DNA from: Myxococcota bacterium
GTDB taxonomy: Bacteria > Myxococcota_A > UBA9160 > UBA4427
DNA length: 64,000 bases
NCBI GenBank assembly: GCA_029268645.1
Contig: JAQWNI010000248.1
Location: forward strand, 4,346-68,345
Direction of reading: 5' to 3'
Shown in pieces: positions 39,599-48,389 of the stretch (position 1 is the stretch's first letter; each line of letters begins with the position of its first letter). The translations under genes and the position numbers were made by a program. The notes beneath the pieces were generated by a model that did not search any database, had not been told where the DNA came from, and worked only from the letters and a program-made list of their open reading frames with translations.

Positions 39599-40627
39599 AT
39601 GATCGGAGTAGCCGTTATCGGAGCCGGGCATTGGGGCCCGAACTTGGTTGCCAATTTCGATCGGAGCGATCGAAGCCATTTGACCTACGTGGTCGATGCT
39701 GACTCCGAGCGTCTCGCCGCAATTTCTGGCCGCTATCCCTCAGCGAGGACGACATCCGACCTGTCAGGTGAGCTGGCAGATGACTCAGTCCAGGCCGTCG
39801 TGATCGCCACGCCCACCGGGTCCCATTTTGAGTTGGCTCGATCCGCCTTGGAGGCGGGCAAGCATGTGCTCGTCGAGAAGCCGATGACTCACTCGATCGA
39901 AACGAGCCAGGCCTTGTGCGCCCTCGCGGAAGAAAGGGGCCGAGTCATCATGGTCGGGCACGTATTCGTCTACAATCCAGCCGCACTCCGGGTCAAGGAA
40001 TATATTGAAGAGGGCTCGCTTGGCCAACTCCATTACATCTCGATGGTGCGAACGAACCTTGGTCCTATCCGAGTGGATGTGGACGCGGCGTGGGACCTTG
40101 CTGCCCACGACATCGCCCTCGCTAATTTCTGGTTGGGCTCAGAGCCGAAAACGATTTCCTCGACCGGAGGGGCATACATCAATCAGGGGATTTGCGACGT
40201 TGTTTTTGCGACGCTGCGATATCCCAATGACATTCTGGTCAATCTGCATGCCTCGTGGCTCAATCCAAGGAAAGCCCGGGATATCACAATTGTGGGGGAG
40301 CGCCGTATGCTCACCTTTGATGACCTTCAGGTCAATGAGCCCCTTCGCCTCTATGACAAGCGAGTCGGCCAGGCGGCGCCTGGGCCGGAGCTAGTTGATT
40401 CGATTGAGTCTTTTCGAACCAGCGTCCGCGTTGGGGACATCACCGTTCCACATGTTGCCCAGGATGAACCGCTGATGGCGGAGTGCGATCACTTCCTCGA
40501 CTGCATCTTGAAAGGAGAGTCGTCGCGTTCCGGCGGATCGGCGGGCTTGTCCGTCGTTCGGGTGTTGGAGGCTCTCTCTCAATCTCGCGCGTTGGGCGGA
40601 CGAGAAGTGAGCCTTGAGCTCTCATGA
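39599..40627 (+). CDS. Gfo/Idh/MocA NDP-sugar 3-dehydrogenase (WbpB/WlbA-like)
   Basis: GAGHWG, VEKPM, DLAAHD. Confidence 0.85.
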   Translation: MIGVAVIGAGHWGPNLVANFDRSDRSHLTYVVDADSERLAAISGRYPSARTTSDLSGELADDSVQAVVIATPTGSHFELARSALEAGKHVLVEKPMTHSIETSQALCALAEERGRVIMVGHVFVYNPAALRVKEYIEEGSLGQLHYISMVRTNLGPIRVDVDAAWDLAAHDIALANFWLGSEPKTISSTGGAYINQGICDVVFATLRYPNDILVNLHASWLNPRKARDITIVGERRMLTFDDLQVNEPLRLYDKRVGQAAPGPELVDSIESFRTSVRVGDITVPHVAQDEPLMAECDHFLDCILKGESSRSGGSAGLSVVRVLEALSQSRALGGREVSLELS

Positions 40628-41739
40628 AGATTCCTCTCGTCGATTTATCTTGGCAGCATCGCGAGATCGAGCGCGAAGTTCGGTCCGGATTCGATCGGGT
40701 GATGGCCTCTTCGGATTTCGTTTTAGGGACTGACGTCGATGAATTCGAACAGGAATTTGCGAAATTTTGCGATGTTCCGTTTTGCGTTGGCGTCGCCAAC
40801 GGAACGGATGCGATCGAGTTGGGATTGAGGGCTCTTTGTATCGGACCCGGTGATGAGGTCATCGTGCCGGCGAATACCTTTATCGCCTCAGCCCTGGCTG
40901 TCGTGCGGTCTGGGGCCAAGCCTGTTTTTGTCGACTGCGAAAGTGACTTTCACCTGATCGACGTCAAAAATGCTGAGGCACAAATCGGAGACCGGACGCG
41001 GGCAATTTTGGCGGTGGATCTCTTTGGGCAATTGCCCGACATGGGCGCCTTGGAAAATCTGGCCAAGCGGCACGGACTGTCGCTCGTGGAGGATGCCGCG
41101 CAGGCGCATGGGGCGACCCAGGGGATTCGCCGTGCAGGAGCCTTCGGGGCTCTCTCCGGGACTAGTTTTTATCCAGGGAAAAATCTAGGCGCCTACGGCG
41201 ATGCGGGAGCCGTGACAACGAGGGATCCAGACCTCGCCCATCATTTGCGAAAGCTTCGGAACTACGGGAGTGATGTGAAGTATCAGCATCCCGTCATCGG
41301 CTTCAACTCCCGCTTGGACAGTCTGCAAAGTGTCGTCCTTCGGGCGAAGCTCACTCACCTGTCCTCTTGGAACGCGGCTCGGGCCGAAGCGGCGGGTCGC
41401 TATGCCGAGATGCTAGCCGGTACGTCGGGCGTGGCTCTTCCGAAGGTGGCTCCCGGAAATGAACACGTATGGCATATCTATGCCATTCGCGTTCAGGCCC
41501 GATCACGAGTTCTGGAAACGCTCCAGCGAGCCGGAATCGGCGCATCGGTCCACTACCCGATTCCGATCCATTTGACCCAGGCCTTTGCTGATGGGAACCA
41601 CCGACGGGGCGACTTTCCGAATGCGGAAGCTGCAGCAGAAGAGATGATTTCCTTGCCCATCTTTCCAGGCATCACCGCTTCCCAGCAAGAGCAGGTCGCG
41701 GGCGTGCTCAAAAGAGCCGTTGAAGAGGCGTCGGGCTGA
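40624..41739 (+). CDS. DegT/DnrJ/EryC1/StrS aminotransferase (WbpE/FdtB-like)
   Basis: NGTDA, EDAAQAHG, SFYPGKNLGAYGDAG, NSRLD. Confidence 0.93.
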   Translation: MKIPLVDLSWQHREIEREVRSGFDRVMASSDFVLGTDVDEFEQEFAKFCDVPFCVGVANGTDAIELGLRALCIGPGDEVIVPANTFIASALAVVRSGAKPVFVDCESDFHLIDVKNAEAQIGDRTRAILAVDLFGQLPDMGALENLAKRHGLSLVEDAAQAHGATQGIRRAGAFGALSGTSFYPGKNLGAYGDAGAVTTRDPDLAHHLRKLRNYGSDVKYQHPVIGFNSRLDSLQSVVLRAKLTHLSSWNAARAEAAGRYAEMLAGTSGVALPKVAPGNEHVWHIYAIRVQARSRVLETLQRAGIGASVHYPIPIHLTQAFADGNHRRGDFPNAEAAAEEMISLPIFPGITASQQEQVAGVLKRAVEEASG

Positions 41740-41742
41740 ACT

Positions 41743-42309
41743 GTGGAAGACGTATTCGTCCATTCATTGGCTCTCTGCGAGAGTGAGAAGGTTGGTTCTG
41801 GAACCCGGATCTGGGCCTTTGCCCATGTGATGAAGGGGGCTCGGATTGGTCGCCGATGTAATATTGGAGGGGGGAGTTTCGTCGAGTCCAAAGCAATCGT
41901 CGGAGACGACTGCACGATCAAGAATGGGGTTCAGGTCTGGGAAGGCGTTCGTCTCGGCAATAATGTTTTTGTTGGCCCAAACGCAACCTTCACCAACGAT
42001 TTGCGCCCTCGCGCGGGACGTGATTCGGAGCCCTTCGAGCCCATCGCAACCAAGGTTGAAGACGGCGTGACAGTTGGAGCCAATGCCACCATCGTATGCG
42101 GCGTGCGTTTGGGCGCAAATGCCTTCGTGGCGGCGGGGGCCGTGGTGACTCGGGATGTCCCCGCCCACGCCCTCGTTGTTGGTTCCCCAGCGCGAAATCG
42201 GGGTTGGGTCTGTCGTTGCGGGGCTTCCCTGCCCGAAAACCTCGCTTGCGAGTGTGGTCGCCGGTACCGTCTCATGGATGGGGAATCCGGTCTATCGCCC
42301 GAGGAATGA
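41743..42309 (+). CDS. Hexapeptide-repeat N-acetyltransferase (WbpD/WlbB-like)
   Basis: TRIWAFAH, GPNATFTND, GANATIVCG, C-terminal CRCG...CECG. Confidence 0.88.
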   Translation: MEDVFVHSLALCESEKVGSGTRIWAFAHVMKGARIGRRCNIGGGSFVESKAIVGDDCTIKNGVQVWEGVRLGNNVFVGPNATFTNDLRPRAGRDSEPFEPIATKVEDGVTVGANATIVCGVRLGANAFVAAGAVVTRDVPAHALVVGSPARNRGWVCRCGASLPENLACECGRRYRLMDGESGLSPEE

Positions 42310-42336
42310 GTCCGCGCATCGGGAGGGCCTCGCCTC

Positions 42337-44640
42337 GTGAAAGATCTTGATTTGCGGGGTAGACCACTGATCTTCATTGGGTTGGTCGTGTTGGCGGCGG
42401 CGGCCCTGGGGATTCGAGCACTCGGTTTTGAGTATGTTTTTGTCGGCGGCGAGGTCGTTTTTCCACCGGCAGACCCTCAATACCACCTGCGCCGAGCGCT
42501 CTTTACGATGATGCAGTTCCCGGACGTCCTGCTCTTCGATCCCTACATTAATTTTCCAGGCGGAGCGCCGGTGCCCTGGCCCCCTTTGTTCGATTGGTTG
42601 CTCGGGGCCGGGGGCTGGCTCGCAGGGGGAACGACAGGCGACTTGGAGAGGGTGGCTGCTTGGGCCCCCCCGGTCTGCGCCGCGCTTTCGATCTGGCCTC
42701 TCTATCTCGCCGGATGCCAGCTCTCCTCACGCCGAGTCGGCTTCTTGGCGGGCTTCTTCTTTGCCCTGTTGCCGATCAGCGTCGTGTACACCCGGTTGGG
42801 GAACGCGGATCATCATGGTGCGGTGGCTCTGATCGGAGCTTGGCTGCTGTATTGCCTGCTGGGTTTGGTGGATCCGGCAGCATCGCGGGTGAGAATGATT
42901 GCTCTGGCCGGTCTTTTGACCCTTCTCTCCTCGCTGATGCTGCTGACATGGCACGGCAGCCTTCTCTATCTGGCTCCGGCGCAGGGCCTGCTTCTCGTGG
43001 CCGGCATTCTTTCCGGAAGAAGGCGCCTTCTGGTCGCCCAGGCTTGCAGTGCTTTCTTGGCCGGGTGCGGTGTGGTGCTCTGGCTTGTCGTGTCACCCAC
43101 GCCGCTCGGAGGAGACTACTCCTCCATCGCACTTTCGAGGCTACATGCTCTCGCTTTGGGGGCCGCTTTTATCACGGCCGGCCTCCTTTGGTGCGTGATC
43201 AAAGTCGGCTTGGCGGACACTGTATTGCGACGTTTTCTTTGGGCGGCGGGCCTAGTGGTCGCATTGGGTATGGCGATCGTTTTCCTGCCCGGGCCTCGAG
43301 AGGGATTGGAGCTTGCCTATCAATTTCTGACCCTTTCGGATCAAGTGGGTGCGAGCACGGGTGAGCAGACCCCTCTTTTTTCAATCGGCAATCGGCTACA
43401 AGGGCCGCCCGCATCGCGTAGTTGGGGCCTTTTCGCCTATCTCTTGCCCGTGATACCGCTGGCGGCATGGTTTGCGGGGCGACGGCCAACCGCTGAGCCG
43501 GGCGCTCGCGCAGCAGGTTGGGTTCTTTTTGCCTGGGGGTTGTTTTTTTGTCTTTTGGCCTCGCTTCAGCGTCGTTACGGCAATGACGCTGCGCCCGCCG
43601 CGGCACTGCTGTTTGCACTTTTGTTGTCGTCGCTCGCGGATCGGCTGGGCCAAGTGATCGCTCGAAGGTCTGGCCCGCGGACGGGTTCGCTGATGGCATT
43701 CGGGCTGTCGGCTTCGATCGTGCTGCTGGGATTTTGGCCCGCTTTTCGTGCGGTCTACCAGCCGCGAGTGATGGCTTCTTGGTCCGCGTGGCAAAACCCT
43801 CTGCCTTCGGAGGGCGCCTCATCAAAGAGCATCGCGGCTACGCTCCACCAGTTCGCGGGCCAGGTGAGAGAGTGGACGCCGGAAACCTCGGGTTATTTGG
43901 AATCGGGGCGGGGGCCGGAGTATGGGATCATCGCGCATCCAAACTTGGGCCATGCGTTGCAATATCGAGCGCGCAGAGCGACGGCGACGGATCCATTCTG
44001 GTGGTACATCGGTCGCGAGAATTGGGACCGCACTGAAGCATTTCTCCGGGCCAAATCCGAACCCCAAGCCTTGGCTCTCGCGCGCTCTTTGGAGGCTCGA
44101 TATGTGATCACGATGCCCGATTTGTCCCCGGGAACCATTCTGGCTCGGCTGCACGACCGCGACGGGCGGGCCGATGGCGCATTGCCATCACTTAACCACT
44201 TTCGCTTGGTGGGAGAAGCGCCACCGGGGGGACTGCCGATCGGGGCAATTTTTGATCGGCGGGGCGAAGCGAGGATTCCCTACAAGCTTTTCGAGATTGT
44301 TCCGGGTGCGGTGATCGAAGTGTCCGCACCCCCGGGCACACCCGTCGAGGCCAAAGCTCAAATTCAAGTGCCGAGGGGTCGGCGTTTTAGCTACCGCGTC
44401 GTCGGCCTGGCTAACGAACAGGGTTCGGCTCGACTCCGGGTTCCCTATCCGACCTTTGCCGGAGAAGGGGAAACGCTCTCTCACGGTGCCCGGGCCATTG
44501 GGGGATATCGAATTCGTGTGGGCCAGATAAATCAGCCCCCGGTTGAGATTTCGGAACGCGCAGTCCGTGTGGGTCGTGTCGTGCGTGGGGCGTCGGCTGC
44601 CGAGCGGGGCGTTAAGAGCCTGGGAGGCCGTCCATCCTGA
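42337..44640 (+). CDS. STT3/AglB-like oligosaccharyltransferase homolog with a non-canonical WWDYG motif
   Basis: DPQYHLRR, FDPYINFPGG, WPPLFD, DHH, STGE, QRRY, YGIIAHPNLGH, about 13 TMs plus a soluble C-terminal domain. Confidence 0.8.
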   Translation: MKDLDLRGRPLIFIGLVVLAAAALGIRALGFEYVFVGGEVVFPPADPQYHLRRALFTMMQFPDVLLFDPYINFPGGAPVPWPPLFDWLLGAGGWLAGGTTGDLERVAAWAPPVCAALSIWPLYLAGCQLSSRRVGFLAGFFFALLPISVVYTRLGNADHHGAVALIGAWLLYCLLGLVDPAASRVRMIALAGLLTLLSSLMLLTWHGSLLYLAPAQGLLLVAGILSGRRRLLVAQACSAFLAGCGVVLWLVVSPTPLGGDYSSIALSRLHALALGAAFITAGLLWCVIKVGLADTVLRRFLWAAGLVVALGMAIVFLPGPREGLELAYQFLTLSDQVGASTGEQTPLFSIGNRLQGPPASRSWGLFAYLLPVIPLAAWFAGRRPTAEPGARAAGWVLFAWGLFFCLLASLQRRYGNDAAPAAALLFALLLSSLADRLGQVIARRSGPRTGSLMAFGLSASIVLLGFWPAFRAVYQPRVMASWSAWQNPLPSEGASSKSIAATLHQFAGQVREWTPETSGYLESGRGPEYGIIAHPNLGHALQYRARRATATDPFWWYIGRENWDRTEAFLRAKSEPQALALARSLEARYVITMPDLSPGTILARLHDRDGRADGALPSLNHFRLVGEAPPGGLPIGAIFDRRGEARIPYKLFEIVPGAVIEVSAPPGTPVEAKAQIQVPRGRRFSYRVVGLANEQGSARLRVPYPTFAGEGETLSHGARAIGGYRIRVGQINQPPVEISERAVRVGRVVRGASAAERGVKSLGGRPS

Positions 44641-46306
44641 AGCGACCGGAGCCCAAGTAGCGGAAACGGTGCGGCTGAACGAAGCGGATGGAGTAGAAGT
44701 CAACTTGCCCGCTGTGGTTCAGCCAGGGCCGAATCACGACTTGGTCGGGAGGAAGCTGCTTGGCAAATTCCAGCATTGGGGCGCTCAAGCCAAAGGCATC
44801 ATAGGGTGGGGCGTGGACGAGGTAGTGGGTTTGGGGGTCTCCTTCGTGAATCCACGGGTGTCCTGCCGCAAACGCTTGCGGGATCGACCAGATCGCCTCT
44901 TGCACAGCCAGATCCTGGGTTAGAAAGAGCAGGGGTTCGTGAAATCCCCAATCCAGACTAATGGCTTCGGCTCCCGGGGTTGCCTCAAGCTCCTCTGCGA
45001 GGGTCGCGATTGCGGGGCTCCAACGGCCGAGGCCCCCCGTTTCCGAAATTGTTTTTTCTGTCTCGACGACGATCAGGAGCTGGGTGGTGATCACGGCTCC
45101 TAGTGCGAGAATGACCACAATCCGAATCCACCCTCGCCTTGTTCGCTGACTGTGTCTCCAGACAACTTCGAACGCGCAGGCGACGAGGAGCTGGACGAAG
45201 GGCAGGGCATTCAGGTGGTGGTGGGCTCGGACCGCACCCGGCAGTGCGAGGGTTCCCAGGAGAATTGCGAATGTTGTGATCCAGAGCCAACGGCGCGGGT
45301 CACGAGAGGCCAGCTCAGGGGCTTGGCGGATTCCGCGTACGAGATCAAGACCGACGATGAAGAAAGATCCTATGAGGGCAATCCCAAGTAGGCCTCCTTG
45401 AAGGTCAAGCGATCGCGCTTGATCGAACAGGCCACCACTTCGAATGACACGGAGAAATTGGGTTCCGTCGAGGACATTCCAAAGAACCACGAGGCGATCG
45501 GTGAGGTAGCCTCGATCTGCGATGGAGCTACTCACTGCGAGAAGAGAAAGGGCTGAAGACCACATGGGCAGAGATGCGATGAGCAGTGCGCAGCCTGCCA
45601 AAACGAGTTCGGTTTTGCGATCGCGGAGAATCTCGCGGGTCAGAGAGGGGTGCCCCAGCAGAATTCCCAGCCCACAGGCTCCGACGATGAGTGCGAAGTC
45701 GGCGCGGCTGTAGATCCCCAGCCCCAATGCGAGTCCTCCGCTCAAGGCGGCCACTCGCCTTCTCGCCGAACTTGAGGATTGCCAAGCCCAAATTAGTAAA
45801 AGCAGTCCCGCCCCGCGGCAGAGGAAGTTGGTGGTGAAGGGACCCCACTCGAAACGTCCAAATAAAAGAAAGGAGGGATCGGTGGCCACCAAGGCGCCAC
45901 CGATCAACGCGACACGGAGCGAGAAGAGTTTTCTGCTCCAAAGAAGAGTGAGCAGAAGAGCCAAGCAAGCCATACTAAACGTAGCGATTCGAAGGGTAGC
46001 GACGCTGGCTCCGCCGATCCAAAACGCTGGGATCAAGAGCTGACTCTACAACGACCCTAAAAAGGCGGCGTTTCGGATCGGAAACGGCCGCCCGAGCCAC
46101 TCAACGGAGCGCACGCTGGCTGGATGTAAGTTCTCCCGACCCGGTTCAAGAAAGTCTCGAGCCTGCTGGGCGATAAAGGCTTCATCATAATAGAGCCCGA
46201 GGGTTTCGATTCTTGGAAGGAGGAGCACTGCGCAGAGGAGAAGGAACACGGCCCAAGCCGTCCAGAGGACGGCGACCTTGTGATCGTTCAGGGAGGGTTT
46301 ATTCAT
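44612..46306 (-). pseudogene. GT-C fold glycosyltransferase interrupted by one in-frame TAG at 46046-46048
   Basis: The 86-aa ORF (TM plus GLYYDEA) and the 474-aa ORF are in the same frame: FLGSL*SQLLIPAFW. Confidence 0.75.
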
Positions 46307-46911
46307 GAACGACTAAAGCCGAGTCGCGCAATGAAGTGAAGGTCTCGATCAAAAAACCAGCTGAGGGGGGTCGGGTATAGGCCGACGGTTCGAGTCATCG
46401 ATTCGACGCTTAGATGGAGCCTTTCGAATGCGATCCGCCACTGGTCCTCGGTCCAGTAATGATGAGGCAATGCAACATCAAAGCGGGCGTTCCCGATGCG
46501 ATCCATGAAGCGAAGCGTCTGAGAGGCCAGGAGCCCCTTCAGTCGATGGTCCTTGATCACCAGATGATGGCGTGCCACACGGGCCGACTCTTCCAGGAGG
46601 GCTTCCGGATCCTGAGCGTGGTGGAGGACGTCGACAAGCAGGACGGTGTCGACGCTCCGGTCGGGCTCAGGGAGCGTCACGCCATCAAAGGGCCTGACTT
46701 CGATTGCAGTTTCAGATCGAACCATCACATCGGTTCCGCGAATTTTCAGATCGGGCCGCATTTGGGCCAGTCGGGCGGTGAGGTGACCGTCTCCACATCC
46801 CACGTCCAGGAGGGATCCATTGGGGGGGATCACCCGGGCGAAGTGCTCCGAAAGAACACGGACTCGTCGGGAGACTGCGTAGCTCTCGTGTGCATATTCG
46901 ACGGGGTTCAA
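46303..46911 (-). CDS. Class I SAM-dependent methyltransferase
   Basis: LLDVGCGDG, VDVLHH; TTG start overlaps the upstream TGA, stop overlaps the downstream ATG. Confidence 0.88.
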   Translation of the reverse strand: MNPVEYAHESYAVSRRVRVLSEHFARVIPPNGSLLDVGCGDGHLTARLAQMRPDLKIRGTDVMVRSETAIEVRPFDGVTLPEPDRSVDTVLLVDVLHHAQDPEALLEESARVARHHLVIKDHRLKGLLASQTLRFMDRIGNARFDVALPHHYWTEDQWRIAFERLHLSVESMTRTVGLYPTPLSWFFDRDLHFIARLGFSRS

Positions 46912-48107
46912 CGTCGGCCCATTCCGAGGATGCTGACAAAAAAGCCAGACAGAATGGTTTGAAATCCAAGGGCAGCAAGTGTGACACCTGGGATGACCCA
47001 GCGCAGGGTGAACGGGTAGTCGAGGGCTCCGTAGTCGGTGGCTCGCCATTGAAAGAAGGTTGAGCCGATAAAGAGAAGGCCGGTCATCAGGGCGAGCGAG
47101 CCGAGGATGAGGCCGCGCTCGAGGGTGGCCCATTCAAAGAAGCGGTCGAGTCGAGGATCGGGCGGGGCCAAGCCTTCGGAGACGGCGAATGTTTTACTGA
47201 GCAGGGCAAAAAGCACCGACTGAAAGCCCATCAATAGCGCGAGGCTTGAGGCCAGAAGTGTGTGGGCGTCGAGTCTGGCCCCCAAAATTTCTGCGCCGGG
47301 AAGGGCGAGGGCGAACCCCACGCCGCCGAAGGCCATCAGGAGGAGGCCAGGCATGAGAAAGAGCCAGCGGGGACTATTGAGGAGGAAAAAACGAAGCGTT
47401 CGCCACCCATCGCGGAAGGTGCGTAGGTGGGGGCCATGGGCGCGTCGGCCGTCGGGGTGCAGCGTAATGGGAACCTCAGCGATCCGAGCCCCATGAAGAC
47501 TCGACTTTATGATCATCTCGGTCGCGAACTCCATGCCCGTACATCGCTGGTCCAGTTTCTTGTAAAGGGTTTGGGTAAACCCGCGCATTCCGCAATAGGC
47601 GTCTGTCACTGGGGCTTTGAACATGCCCCGAGCGAGCGCGGAAAGAAGAGGGTTGCCGAACCACCGATGTAGAAAGGGCATGGCACCCGGCAGAACGCGA
47701 CCGCCGCCTGCAGGAAGTCGGCACCCCTGCACCAATTCGTAGCCGTCACGCAATTTCTCAACGAAGCGTGGAATCTCAAGGAAGTCGTAGCTGTCGTCGG
47801 CATCCCCCATAAGGACGAAGGGCCCCCGAGCCGCCGCGATGCCGCCCATCAAGGCGCTGCCGTAGCCCCGTCTTTCGACGTGGATCACTCGCGCCCCAGC
47901 CTTTTGAGCAATTTCAGGCGACCCATCCTGACTGCCGTTGTCGGCCACAATGACTTCGCCATGAACCCCTGCTTCTTGCATGGCTGAAAAGGCCTTTTTA
48001 AGGCAAATCGGCAGGGTTTCGGCTTCATCGAGGCAGGGCATGACCACGCTCAGCTCGATCTGTGTCGGGCTCGTTTCTTCGTCATCGGGCCGGTTTCCTT
48101 CAGACAT
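46908..48107 (-). CDS. GT2, DPM/DPG synthase-like with C-terminal membrane domain
   Basis: VMPCLDE, ADNGSQD, RGYGSAL, DADDSY, MEFATEM, four C-terminal TMs. Confidence 0.9.
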   Translation of the reverse strand: MSEGNRPDDEETSPTQIELSVVMPCLDEAETLPICLKKAFSAMQEAGVHGEVIVADNGSQDGSPEIAQKAGARVIHVERRGYGSALMGGIAAARGPFVLMGDADDSYDFLEIPRFVEKLRDGYELVQGCRLPAGGGRVLPGAMPFLHRWFGNPLLSALARGMFKAPVTDAYCGMRGFTQTLYKKLDQRCTGMEFATEMIIKSSLHGARIAEVPITLHPDGRRAHGPHLRTFRDGWRTLRFFLLNSPRWLFLMPGLLLMAFGGVGFALALPGAEILGARLDAHTLLASSLALLMGFQSVLFALLSKTFAVSEGLAPPDPRLDRFFEWATLERGLILGSLALMTGLLFIGSTFFQWRATDYGALDYPFTLRWVIPGVTLAALGFQTILSGFFVSILGMGRR

Positions 48108-48389
48108 TTCGCGCCGGACTCCTTCTGGTCATGAACCGCGCAGGCTAGCAATCCCCTCGGTCCTTGCTTTTTACTTTTTGGAGGATCCCGTAAACGTAGG
48201 GATTATGCAGCGAGCGCACGGAGCTGGTGTATCTTCGCATTGCATTTGTGAGGCCCGGATCGCAGACCGATTGACGGGGCCGCAGGGAGCGACCCGCTGG
48301 CCAGGCGCGTCCGAGATTCCAGAAAACGGAGCCAGGGGAGGCCGAGGCCCCGGGAGGCATCGACCGCCTCAGAGCCTCCGCGAGCGTGG

